This document shows, one piece after another, positions 55,861-64,000 of a DNA stretch of 64,000 nucleotides. The number at the start of each line of letters is the position of its first letter. Within the stretch, counting starts at the first letter, position 1. Source of the stretch: an uncultured Pseudomonadales bacterium (GTDB lineage Bacteria > Patescibacteriota > Microgenomatia > UBA1400 > MFAQ01); NCBI GenBank assembly GCA_964348455.1, contig CAYGCQ010000001.1:58450-122449 (forward strand). Reading direction: 5' to 3'. Position numbers and translations under genes: made by a program. The notes beneath the pieces are model-generated. The model searched no databases and was not told the origin of the DNA. It saw only the letters and a list, made by a program, of their open reading frames with translations.

Positions 55861-56994
55861 ATGTCTCTAAAAGAAATATTTAAGCTGATTTTAGGTTGGA
55901 GACTAATCTTGATTCTTATTGCCATCCCGGCAATGTTCCTTCTAGTACCCCGCCCTCGTTTCACCAACGTCTCCGAAAAGCCTGCCTTTGGAAACATTTT
56001 TTCCATGTGGTCCAACTTCGATGGATCTCGCTATCTAGATATAGCCCAAAATGGATATGGTTATCAGCGCAAGACAAACGCAGACTATGCTTTCTATCCC
56101 GTTTACCCCTGGTTGGTAAGAAGTTTTAGTTTCCTTGGTGGCTACTTATCTTCCGGTCTGATTATTTCTCATGCTTCATTTGTCTTGGCTTTGTATTTTC
56201 TCTACAAGCTAATTTTGCTGGACTTCAAGTCCAAGATTGCCAAGTCCACTATCTACCTTCTACTATTATTTCCTACAGCTTTCTTTTTTGGCTCGGTTTA
56301 TACCGAATCTGTATTTTTGTTGCTAGTTATTCTCAGTTTTTACTTTGCCAGGAAAAATAATTTTTTTCTCGCTTGTGCTATGGCGGGTATTGCCTCTGCC
56401 ACCAGAGTCACCGGAATTTTTCTCTGGCCCGCCCTCATCTATGAATTCTGGTTGCTTTACGGTAAAGATAAAAAATTTGAAATTAACCCCTCTTCTATCT
56501 GGCTTAGTCTCCCCCCCATAGGTCTAATTTCATTTCTAAGATATCAATTTCTTCAGACAGGAGATCTATTTTTCTTCATTAAGTACCAGACTGATTTAGC
56601 CGGGATGGCGGGGAACAAACTGATTCTTCTCCATCAAGTGTTTTTTAGATATTCCAGAATGGTATTGTTTATGGATCACTTAGACCCCTTATTCTTTACA
56701 GTTTTGCTGGAACTACTAAGTGCCGCCTTAATAGTTTTGGTGCTAATATTTTCGCTTAAGAAGATAAGGTTTTCTTACTGGATTTTTACCTTTTTGTCTT
56801 TCCTGCTTCCCACTTTTATTGGATCATTTTCCAGCATGCCTAGGTTTACACTAGTTCTCTTTCCTATCTTTATCTATCTGGCTCTATGGCTAGACAGGAA
56901 TCACCCATACTTCAAATATTTTTATTACCTTATTTGTGTGGTTTTCACAATCTTTTCTGTAATCTTCTTCACCCGTGGCTACTTTGTTGCCTAG
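55861..56994 (+). CDS. polytopic membrane protein, PIG-V/Mannosyl_trans2-like GT-C candidate
   Basis: WSNFDGSRYLDIAQNGYGY...YAFYPVYPWLV. Paralogous to 9723-10838(-). Confidence 0.5.
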   Translation: MSLKEIFKLILGWRLILILIAIPAMFLLVPRPRFTNVSEKPAFGNIFSMWSNFDGSRYLDIAQNGYGYQRKTNADYAFYPVYPWLVRSFSFLGGYLSSGLIISHASFVLALYFLYKLILLDFKSKIAKSTIYLLLLFPTAFFFGSVYTESVFLLLVILSFYFARKNNFFLACAMAGIASATRVTGIFLWPALIYEFWLLYGKDKKFEINPSSIWLSLPPIGLISFLRYQFLQTGDLFFFIKYQTDLAGMAGNKLILLHQVFFRYSRMVLFMDHLDPLFFTVLLELLSAALIVLVLIFSLKKIRFSYWIFTFLSFLLPTFIGSFSSMPRFTLVLFPIFIYLALWLDRNHPYFKYFYYLICVVFTIFSVIFFTRGYFVA

Positions 56995-58428
56995 CTACCA
57001 AATCCTTTTAAAGAGATAAAAGTGTCCCTGGTGGAATTCAAGGCTATATTTCTCATCCACTAGTAGTTTTTCAATTACGGATCCCTCGAAATCTTTTGGC
57101 TTATAGTCCCCGATAATACGGTTTTGATCTACCATGGCAACGTAGTCAGCTCCAAATACCATTTGTGGTAAATTAAACGCATTTTCTCTATGTGTAATGT
57201 GCCCTCTTACCTCAGATGATGCGGCTACAGAAGCTTCTTTTGGAATTGCCCTAAGCGCCTTCTCAAAAGCAATCTCATCTTGGCCAACATCATACATTGG
57301 TCTCCAGTATGATGGGGTAGTCGGAAGTGGGCTGTAGTGATAATTTGTTCTAATCGCAACAGCCAGTAGCCATACCCCGATTAACCAGCCAATCCACTTA
57401 TATTTTTTGAATATAATATCTATCAGCTTCCAAGCCAAGATTGTCGACATCACCAGTCCGACCACTATAATACTGTCATAGTGAAATGTGTTGCTTCTCA
57501 TCTGGCTTTGAGTGCTCATCATGTTAATAAAGAAGTCCGGCACCGCCAAGAAGAACCATGGAAAGCCGAGAAGTGGAATGAATCCAAAAGGTTTGAGAAG
57601 TGTAAGGTAATATGGCCCTGAGTCTATGTTGGTAAATTTCCAAAGTATCTTACTAATATCAAAGCCCACACCGGAATCATTAGAGTATTTGGAAATATCA
57701 AACCAGTTCCATACCCAAAAAGCTCCACTTACAGCAGCGTGAGGAATTAGATAGAAAACGGTTACTATAAACCATACCGCTCCGGCTACCATCAGGATCG
57801 TCCCCCTCAGCCATTGTCTATAGAAAATAAATATATAGACTCCTAGCATAACTACGGCCAGAGATGCGCTTTCCTTGGTCAGTAGTGTCAGAAATGAAAA
57901 TAAGAACATCCAGTTCCATTTTTTCTTATATGCACTATAGAAAGCCGCCGGGAGAAAAGCCATAGCCATGGTAACTCCATGAAAGTCATAAATATTAGAC
58001 CACTGTACACCTGGATTGAGAAGATAGACTGAAGCAATCACAAGACCCTTTACCTTATTCTTTAATACGTCACGAGCAAGAAGGTATATTGGAATCGCAG
58101 CCAGTCCGATAACTAAGCTTTGCAGAAATAATAAAGTATCAATACGATCATAGATAAGGTAAAAAGGCGAAAGCAAGGCCAGAATTAGATCAGCATGATA
58201 ACTAAATCTTGAGGTGGTCCCAGTCATTCCCGAGACAGCAAAAAAACGACCATTAGCAGTGTTCCATACAGTCTGATCCATATTTGCGAGATCAAAGCTG
58301 GAAGCAAAGGCATAGTGTCTTCGAATAGACAGGTAAGACAAGGTGATTACATAAACAGCAACTAGAATCGAAAGTGTTATTCCGGCCCAGTTTTTTTTGG
58401 CAAATTTTAGCAATTTATTTATTTTCAA
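56995..58428 (-). CDS. DUF2079-like polytopic membrane protein
   Basis: SFDLANMDQTVWNTANGRFF N-terminal loop plus about 12 TM helices. Commonly found in clusters with GT2 polyprenyl-phosphate glycosyltransferases. Confidence 0.5.
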   Translation of the reverse strand: MKINKLLKFAKKNWAGITLSILVAVYVITLSYLSIRRHYAFASSFDLANMDQTVWNTANGRFFAVSGMTGTTSRFSYHADLILALLSPFYLIYDRIDTLLFLQSLVIGLAAIPIYLLARDVLKNKVKGLVIASVYLLNPGVQWSNIYDFHGVTMAMAFLPAAFYSAYKKKWNWMFLFSFLTLLTKESASLAVVMLGVYIFIFYRQWLRGTILMVAGAVWFIVTVFYLIPHAAVSGAFWVWNWFDISKYSNDSGVGFDISKILWKFTNIDSGPYYLTLLKPFGFIPLLGFPWFFLAVPDFFINMMSTQSQMRSNTFHYDSIIVVGLVMSTILAWKLIDIIFKKYKWIGWLIGVWLLAVAIRTNYHYSPLPTTPSYWRPMYDVGQDEIAFEKALRAIPKEASVAASSEVRGHITHRENAFNLPQMVFGADYVAMVDQNRIIGDYKPKDFEGSVIEKLLVDEKYSLEFHQGHFYLFKRIW

Positions 58429-59353
58429 TGATTTTTTTTATCATCCAAGATTTTTCTTGAGTATTATTTTTAATTACCAGGTCGGCAAGTATTCCGGAAA
58501 CCAGTAGCTGTATTCCCGCTAGAAGCCCAACTAGCCCAACTAGTGGCCATATCTTGTCTGATAAAGTATATCCGAAAAAGATTTTCATCCATGCCATGGT
58601 AAAAAGTAAAACAGAAGAAAATAAAATCAGAAACAATCCCGCGCCCCCAAAGAGATGTAGTGGTCTAGAATTATATTTTCTGGTAAACCAGATCAGAAGC
58701 ATATCTAAGAATCCCTTGACCATTCTACTCGGACCATACTTACTGACTCCAGCTATACGAGGGCGATGATTTACTATTATCTCTGTGATTTTAAAACCTC
58801 TCCATCGTAGTATAGCCGGTATCATCCGATGCATTTCTCCACTCAAGTCCAAGTCCTCAAAGCAATCTCTTTTGTAAACTCTCAAAGTACATCCCGCATC
58901 GTGAACTGTGTCATCTACCAGTATGGATCTTAAATTCCTGGCCACGCTAGATATAAATCTTTTATCAAAACTATCCTTCCTCTGATATCTCCAGCCACAA
59001 ACCACTTCATACCCCTCCTCCATTTTTTGAATTAGTTTGAGAAAGTCGGCTGGATCATTTTGCCCATCTCCATCAAGAGTTATTATTTTCTCTCCCACGG
59101 AAGCTTTTATACCGGTATCTAAGGCAGTTGACTGACCAAAATTTCTTCTAAGTGAAATTATTTTGACACTTTCGATCTTTGCAAGCACCTTTTCGGTATC
59201 ATCTGTCGAACCGTCGTTCACTACGATAATTTCATATTCACCGGCAACTTTTTTCATCGACACCTTGATCTCTTTAATCAAAGTTTCTACGTTGCTCTCT
59301 TCATTAAAGACGGGAATCACAACTGAATATCTGGGACTATTTTGCTTTTGCAT
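58415..59353 (-). CDS. GT2 polyprenyl-phosphate glycosyltransferase (ArnC/DPM1-like) with C-terminal TM helices
   Basis: YSVVIPVFNEESNV, IIVVNDGSTDDT, RRNFGQSTALDTG, ITLDGDGQNDP and GCTLRVYKR motifs. Confidence 0.8.
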   Translation of the reverse strand: MQKQNSPRYSVVIPVFNEESNVETLIKEIKVSMKKVAGEYEIIVVNDGSTDDTEKVLAKIESVKIISLRRNFGQSTALDTGIKASVGEKIITLDGDGQNDPADFLKLIQKMEEGYEVVCGWRYQRKDSFDKRFISSVARNLRSILVDDTVHDAGCTLRVYKRDCFEDLDLSGEMHRMIPAILRWRGFKITEIIVNHRPRIAGVSKYGPSRMVKGFLDMLLIWFTRKYNSRPLHLFGGAGLFLILFSSVLLFTMAWMKIFFGYTLSDKIWPLVGLVGLLAGIQLLVSGILADLVIKNNTQEKSWMIKKIIENK

Positions 59354-59621
59354 TTGAAATAAGGTTAATGTTGCGCATATAGATGGCTATTTGTAAAAAA
59401 ATACTGATTAAAAAAACCACGTCTCTTCTCTGTAATACGTAAAAAATTAACATAATAGAAGCAATTATTCTCAATACCCAAAAACCAGTTGGGATGACGC
59501 TTCTTTTTTCTTTCTCCGAAACAGCCCACTGAAAAACAAAGCTTAAGAAAAATATACCTTGAGCAGCCAACCCCCAAACAGTCCACAAGTCTATTTTAAA
59601 TCCGGCAAATTCCATGCTCAA
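59337..59621 (-). CDS. small membrane protein with lipid-A-biosynthesis N-terminal (LAB_N)-like domain
   Basis: WTVWGLAAQGIFFLSFVFQWAVSEKEKRSVIPTGFW...DVVFLI matches the LAB_N pattern. Sits immediately upstream of the ArnC-like GT2. Confidence 0.55.
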   Translation of the reverse strand: MSMEFAGFKIDLWTVWGLAAQGIFFLSFVFQWAVSEKEKRSVIPTGFWVLRIIASIMLIFYVLQRRDVVFLISIFLQIAIYMRNINLISNAKAK

Positions 59622-59652
59622 ATTATAGACTACTTGTTATATTAGTGCGGAG

Positions 59653-60927
59653 ATGAGACTAGTGTTAAACTTACCTGTGAAACGCATTATCAAAGTTTTT
59701 TCTACACCCACCGCCAGATCTTCTACGGTATTTTATTTCTCAAATTTTTTCCTAAGTGTGATTCGCTATCTCTTTCACTTAATTCTTCTTAGACTTCTAT
59801 CTCCTGGCCAGTACGGAGAGTTTCTCTCCTATCTAAGCCTAATCTACTTACTAGGTATACCGGCAGGTACCATTGCCGGGGTAGTCACCAAATATGTTTC
59901 GGAATTTAACGGAAAAGGGGACAAGGCCTCAATCAATCATTTCTTCTACTACATTTTGAGGATAATCAGCCCTATTACTTACGGACTTGGATTTTTACTC
60001 ATTCTCTTCGCTCATCCACTAGCCACACTTTTCAAAGCTCACTCCATCGCTTTTGTTGTCCTTGGGGTTAGTATGTTTATTTCTCTCTATCAAACAGTCA
60101 TCAGCTCATATCTTATTGCCTTTCAGAAATTTATTTTCCAGTCGATCGTTGGTTTTTTTGGAGCCTTGCTAACTATCGGTATTTCCATTCTTTTTATAAA
60201 CCTCGGTTTTGGAGCTACTGGAGCGGTGATTGGTCAAATCTTGGCCGGCATCCTAACCACAATTGTAATTTTTTGGAATATTAGAAAATCCATAACTCCG
60301 AAGATAATTGCAAAGTCCACTGTCAAGTTCTCTCTTGCAGGTTTCACAGGATACAGTTTTATTTATTCTCTGGGTACCATGGCTCTAATCTCGGTAGATA
60401 TTTTATTAGCTAGAATTTTTTTCGACCCACATTTATCAGGCATTTATTCCTCTTTATCTATCTTGGGTCGCATGATCCTTTTTGGTCTTACTCCCATCAT
60501 CGCTTTAGTTTTACCGATTGCTTCGCATAGACACGCTTCGTCTGGTTCGACTAAGTCTGTTCTGATTAAGCTGGGCGGGGTCATAGTTATCTTTGGGCTC
60601 ATTGGCGCCGGCATTTTTGCAACTTTCCCAGCATTAATCATTAGAGTACTATCCGGATCAGCTTATCTAGAAGCTGCCCCATTTTTGTCAATCTTTGCCT
60701 TTTCCATGGTTTTCTTTGCTCTTAGCCAGTTTATGCTTTCGTACCAAATGGCTATTGGCCGTCCACAAGCAAATAAGCTAATGCTAGTTGCCGTTATTCT
60801 TCAGCCCATCGCTCTCTACTTTTTTAGAGGTAGCTTTTCCGGCTTCATATGGTCCGGCTTCGTTATCCAGCTTTTACTGACAACATCTCTGCTCTTGAGC
60901 TTGTTTCGATCCTCAAATCGTGCCTAG
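59653..60927 (+). CDS. Wzx-like flippase / polysaccharide biosynthesis membrane protein
   Basis: About 12 TM helices. N-terminal LLRLLSPGQYGEF is typical of MOP flippases. Confidence 0.5.
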   Translation: MRLVLNLPVKRIIKVFSTPTARSSTVFYFSNFFLSVIRYLFHLILLRLLSPGQYGEFLSYLSLIYLLGIPAGTIAGVVTKYVSEFNGKGDKASINHFFYYILRIISPITYGLGFLLILFAHPLATLFKAHSIAFVVLGVSMFISLYQTVISSYLIAFQKFIFQSIVGFFGALLTIGISILFINLGFGATGAVIGQILAGILTTIVIFWNIRKSITPKIIAKSTVKFSLAGFTGYSFIYSLGTMALISVDILLARIFFDPHLSGIYSSLSILGRMILFGLTPIIALVLPIASHRHASSGSTKSVLIKLGGVIVIFGLIGAGIFATFPALIIRVLSGSAYLEAAPFLSIFAFSMVFFALSQFMLSYQMAIGRPQANKLMLVAVILQPIALYFFRGSFSGFIWSGFVIQLLLTTSLLLSLFRSSNRA

Positions 60928-60997
60928 CTTCCTTGACAAAGACCCATAATAGTAGTATATTCAAGACAATCGCATCTTAAAAAAGAAGGAGGCCATC

Positions 60998-61240
60998 GTG
61001 CCCATAAACAAGTACAAACCTGCTATCAGGAGAGCTATTCAGCCTGATAACAACAAAAAGATATTTGTGACATTCGTAAGAATATTTTTCGGGAGTCTGG
61101 CATTGCTCTTTTTTTCACTTGCCATATATTGCTTTAGCCTTGGCGCTGCGCTAGGGGGAACAGTCTACGCAATATGTGGTTGCTTAGCAATAATTGTTGG
61201 TGCAGTTGGTGAAGCGACTTATCCCGGGACTCCTAAATAG
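60998..61240 (+). CDS. hypothetical small two-TM membrane protein (GTG start)
   Basis: An AAGGAGG Shine-Dalgarno at 60982-60988 sits 9 nt before GTG. 80-aa ORF. Confidence 0.4.
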   Translation: MPINKYKPAIRRAIQPDNNKKIFVTFVRIFFGSLALLFFSLAIYCFSLGAALGGTVYAICGCLAIIVGAVGEATYPGTPK

Positions 61241-61320
61241 GAGTCCTTTTTTTTGTCAATAAAGTTATTAGCTAACAATCTCGCACCCATAAACAACAGC
61301 TATTCACTCCACCCGATACT

Positions 61321-61736
61321 GTCATCCCGACCGTAGGGGCCGATGGTACCCGAAGGGGTAGATCTCACCCCACTGTCATTCTGAACTTGATTCAGAATCC
61401 ATCCACCATCTTTCATCATTGCGAGGTACCACACCCTAGTCATTCCCGACCTGAGTGGGCCGCTGGTACCCGAAGGGGTGAATCTATATAAATTATTCCA
61501 CCCTCTCGTGATCCCTACCAAATGAAATGAGTGGAGGAATCTCTCTCCACTGTCATTCTGAACTTGATTCAGAATCCATCCCCACACCACCACTCACAAC
61601 TCAACCCGTCATGGAGTTTATCCGCCGTGGCGGAAGTTTCGGCAACCGATCCCAGAGTCGCCTCAGGAGACACCGAAGCAATCTCACACCCTCTACCAAA
61701 CCATTCGTCATTCCCGCGAAGGCGGGAATCCATCCC
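61321..61736 (+). repeat. largest intergenic array: 7 heterogeneous hairpin-repeat units
   Basis: Units at 61321-61371, 61375-61405 (GTCATTCTGAACTTGATTCAGAATCC), 61414-61437 (degenerate GCGAGG type), 61439-61496, 61552-61583 (second TGAA/TTCA unit), 61608-61687 (GTCATGGAGTTTATCCGCCGTGGCGGAAG...ACCGAAGCAATCTCAC) and 61707-61736 (GTCATTCCCGCGAAGGCGGGAATCCATCCC). Confidence 0.9.
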
Positions 61737-61783
61737 ATTTATTCCAATTTTAGAGTTTTAGATTTTTTGAGTTTTTCAGCTAG

Positions 61784-62629
61784 TTGTTAATATATAATCT
61801 CCTCATGCCCACAAAGGCAAAGAAAAAAACATTCAAAGTCGGCAAAGTTGACACCAGTCTACTTTCTGTTATTGTTCCGACTTACAACTGTAAAACCATT
61901 TTCAAAGACCTATCTTTCATCAAACTCCATTTAGATATCCTAAATCGTCCCTACGAAATCATCTGCGTTGTCGACGGTCTAGTCTCTCCCAGAGATAAAA
62001 CTTATAAGCATGCAAAAAAATTCAGAGCAGACAAAACCAAAATATATTTTTACAAAAACAATAAAGGCAAGGGCTACGCCATCCGCTACGGCATGGCCAG
62101 GGCCAAAGGTGGGCTGATCGCCTTTATAGATGCAGGGGGTGATCTCCATGCAAAAGGTATTTCTCTAGCGCTTGAGCATATGAAGTGGTATGACGCGGAC
62201 ATTATAATAGGCAGCAAGCGTCACAAGGCTAGTAAAGTCGAGTATCCATTACAGAGAAAAATTCTTTCTTTCATTGTGCAGAAGGCTACCAAATTCATGT
62301 TCGGATTAAACGTTTCGGATACTCAAACAGGACTTAAACTTTTCAAAAGAAATGTGTTGGTAAAGGTTTTGCCTCGTTTGATCGTGAAGCGCTGGGCTTT
62401 CGACCTCGAAGTCCTTACAGTTGCTAACCATCTTGGGTTTAAAAGAATATTTGAGTCACCTGTCGAAATTAGTCACAATTTTATGAGCAATATCGGACTC
62501 TCCTCTGTCCAGAACTTTGCGATGGATTATCTTGCCATTCTTTACCGTACTTACATTCTTCGTTACTATGATGATGGAGGATCAGACCACTGGGAGGGAG
62601 ACCCAAATCTCACCCTCCGCTACAAATAA
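61784..62629 (+). CDS. GT2 glycosyltransferase
   Basis: LSVIVPTYNCKTIF, ICVVDGLVSP, AFIDAGGDL and QTGLKLFKR motifs. Alternative start MPTKAKKK at 61805. Confidence 0.65.
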   Translation: MLIYNLLMPTKAKKKTFKVGKVDTSLLSVIVPTYNCKTIFKDLSFIKLHLDILNRPYEIICVVDGLVSPRDKTYKHAKKFRADKTKIYFYKNNKGKGYAIRYGMARAKGGLIAFIDAGGDLHAKGISLALEHMKWYDADIIIGSKRHKASKVEYPLQRKILSFIVQKATKFMFGLNVSDTQTGLKLFKRNVLVKVLPRLIVKRWAFDLEVLTVANHLGFKRIFESPVEISHNFMSNIGLSSVQNFAMDYLAILYRTYILRYYDDGGSDHWEGDPNLTLRYK

Positions 62630-62644
62630 ATATTCTAAAATCTT

Positions 62645-62677
62645 GTCATTCCTGCGAAGGCAGGAATCCATCAAATG
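62645..62677 (+). repeat. type F repeat GTCATTCCTGCGAAGGCAGGAATCCATCAAATG running into the start codon of the next gene
   Basis: ATG 62675 lies 3 nt after the repeat body. Confidence 0.9.
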
Positions 62678-63817
62678 AATTCCACAAAAAAAACACAAGC
62701 CACTCTGCACCAAAAACTTCCCAAAGTCTCCATCATCATTGTCGACTACAAAAAGAAAAATCCATATTTAGTCGAGTGTTTGGACGCCATCCAAAATCAA
62801 ACCTACAAAAATTTCGAAATCATTCTCGTCTGTGACTATCCAGTTACATTGTCATCCTCGCGAAGGCGTGGATCCATCCCCTCACTCCGCCAAAAATCCT
62901 ACGGTCACTACGTCGGTCCGGCCGAAAAGCGAGATGTTGGTGCCAAGATGGCAAAGGGGGAAATTCTGGCCTTTATCGATGACGATGCTTTTCCATCACC
63001 TGACTGGTTAGCTAAAATAGTTCCTCATTTAAAAAACAAAGATATCGCAGGTGTGGGCGGTCCAGGAATCACCCCGACCAATGTATCCTGGCAGGAGCAG
63101 TCTTCCGGGTGGGCATCTGCCTCACCTGCTGGAGCTGGGAACTACACCTATCGATTTCTTCCCGGAAAAATGCAGTTTGTCGACGACTACCCCTCTATGA
63201 ATCTTGCAGTTCGCAAAACAGACTTCGATAGAGTCGGTGGTTTTGACTCGAATTTCTGGCCAGGCGAGGACACTAAGCTTTGCTTGGATCTTACACACAA
63301 GTTGGGCAAGAAAATAATTTATGAGCCAAAAGCTATTGTTTATCATCATAGACGCCCCATCTGGAAAGGTCACTTAATGCAAAACGGTAACTTCGGTCTT
63401 CATCGAGGATTTTTTGCTCGTATTCTTCCGGAAACATCCCTTAAGCTCATTTATTTCGCGCCATCATTTTTACTTCTCGGTCTTATTTATCTTTTATTTT
63501 TATCAAAATTAAATCAACCACCTTTTAACTATCTGCACTCATATGGCTGGTTGGCACTCAAACTATATTTCCTCCTCCTCACCCTCAACTCTCTCTGGAT
63601 TTTCTCCATCATTGCGAGGAGTGAAACGACGTGGCAATCCAGCACATCAACTTCCTTACACTCTGTCATTCCTGGCTTGACCAGGAATCCATCAAATAAA
63701 GTTCAATCAGCTATCCTCCAATCCCTCATTTCCATCCCCGTCATCTTTGTCACCCATCTTTGGTACGGCACCCGTTTCCTTCAAGGCTTCCTCTTTACCG
63801 AAAAATTATCCCGATAG
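62675..63817 (+). CDS. GT2 glycosyltransferase carrying three in-frame hairpin repeats
   Basis: VSIIIVDYKKKN, FIDDDAFPSPDW and GGPGITP GT2 motifs. Repeats at 62851-62881 (VTLSSSRRRGSIP), 63607-63640 and 63665-63694 (VIPGLTRNPSNK). Confidence 0.7.
   Translation: MNSTKKTQATLHQKLPKVSIIIVDYKKKNPYLVECLDAIQNQTYKNFEIILVCDYPVTLSSSRRRGSIPSLRQKSYGHYVGPAEKRDVGAKMAKGEILAFIDDDAFPSPDWLAKIVPHLKNKDIAGVGGPGITPTNVSWQEQSSGWASASPAGAGNYTYRFLPGKMQFVDDYPSMNLAVRKTDFDRVGGFDSNFWPGEDTKLCLDLTHKLGKKIIYEPKAIVYHHRRPIWKGHLMQNGNFGLHRGFFARILPETSLKLIYFAPSFLLLGLIYLLFLSKLNQPPFNYLHSYGWLALKLYFLLLTLNSLWIFSIIARSETTWQSSTSTSLHSVIPGLTRNPSNKVQSAILQSLISIPVIFVTHLWYGTRFLQGFLFTEKLSR
62851..62881 (+). repeat. type E repeat GTCATCCTCGCGAAGGCGTGGATCCATCCCC, in-frame, splitting the GT2 catalytic domain
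   Basis: Inserted between the conserved CDYP and the DxD region. Confidence 0.9.
63607..63640 (+). repeat. type C repeat (CATCATTGCGAGGAGTGAAACGACGTGGCAATCC), in-frame
   Basis: Same variant as 1313-1348. Confidence 0.85.
63665..63694 (+). repeat. type B-like repeat GTCATTCCTGGCTTGACCAGGAATCCATCA, in-frame
   Basis: Compensatory change: stem CCTGG/CCAGG instead of CCGGG/CCCGG with an identical loop. Confidence 0.9.
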
Positions 63818-64000
63818 CTCATGACTGGAACAATTTGTAATATAAAGTTGTTGCAAAAAATGCAACAACTGAAGCGTATAAACTATTTCCAATTTAGAAA
63901 GAGTTGCGGTAGGGAAGTGAATTTATCGCACATTACTCAGTTCGAGGTATAAACTCAATTTTCAACTTCTTACCAAAAGCCATTGCAATCTTATTCATAG

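Noticed and set aside
5650-61736. CRISPR array interpretation of the repeat arrays
   Set aside because: Repeat units within an array are different sub-variants, not identical direct repeats. Spacers are low-complexity caccac runs of irregular length, and no cas genes are present.
1313-63694. Hairpin repeats as Rho-independent terminators
   Set aside because: The stems are short (7-8 bp) and are followed by TATA-rich sequence, not a U-tract. Many copies sit inside ORFs or directly upstream of start codons.
16726-63694. In-frame repeat segments as inteins or self-splicing introns
   Set aside because: At 29-60 nt they are far too short for an intein or a group I/II intron and lack any conserved splicing motifs. 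They are more parsimoniously translated insertions.
1-64000. tRNA, rRNA or other structured RNA genes
   Set aside because: No cloverleaf-compatible 70-90 nt segment or rRNA-like conserved stretch was recognised by eye in the intergenic regions. This could not be run through tRNAscan or Infernal.

Overview
This 64 kb window is AT-rich and gene-dense, with almost everything on the + strand. It reads as a cell-envelope glycosylation island, by inference from a CPR/Patescibacteria-type genome. Recognisable genes include a dTDP-rhamnose block (RmlB partial, RmlC, RmlD-like), trmD, oligoribonuclease and a CDGSH Fe-S protein. There are at least 14 GT2/GT4 glycosyltransferases, three of them DPM1/ArnC-like polyprenyl-phosphate sugar synthases. 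There are about 14 polytopic GT-C-type membrane proteins: roughly 10 ArnT/PMT-like (six in tandem at 40.3-51.8 kb), two YfhO-like (divergent pair) and two PIG-V-like. Two Wzx-like flippases, a DUF2079 protein and a LAB_N protein complete the set. The most striking feature is a family of GC-rich palindromic hairpin repeats with consensus GTCATTCC-[stem-loop]-GGAATC(T/C)AT, present in more than 55 copies and nearly all in + orientation. Stem positions vary in a compensatory way between sub-variants. About 25 copies sit in-frame inside coding genes without breaking the ORF, giving peptides such as VIPDLIGNLYKS, VIPGLTRNLYKS, VILAKAGIHP and HSRPDRESI. Others lie a few nucleotides upstream of start codons as ...GGAATCTATACAAATG. 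Five heterogeneous intergenic arrays are also built from these repeats. Two identical ~430 bp copies of a micro-element carry a 95-aa GIY-YIG nuclease gene between perfect 29-bp terminal inverted repeats that are themselves the commonest repeat variant. No rRNA, tRNA or CRISPR was recognised.
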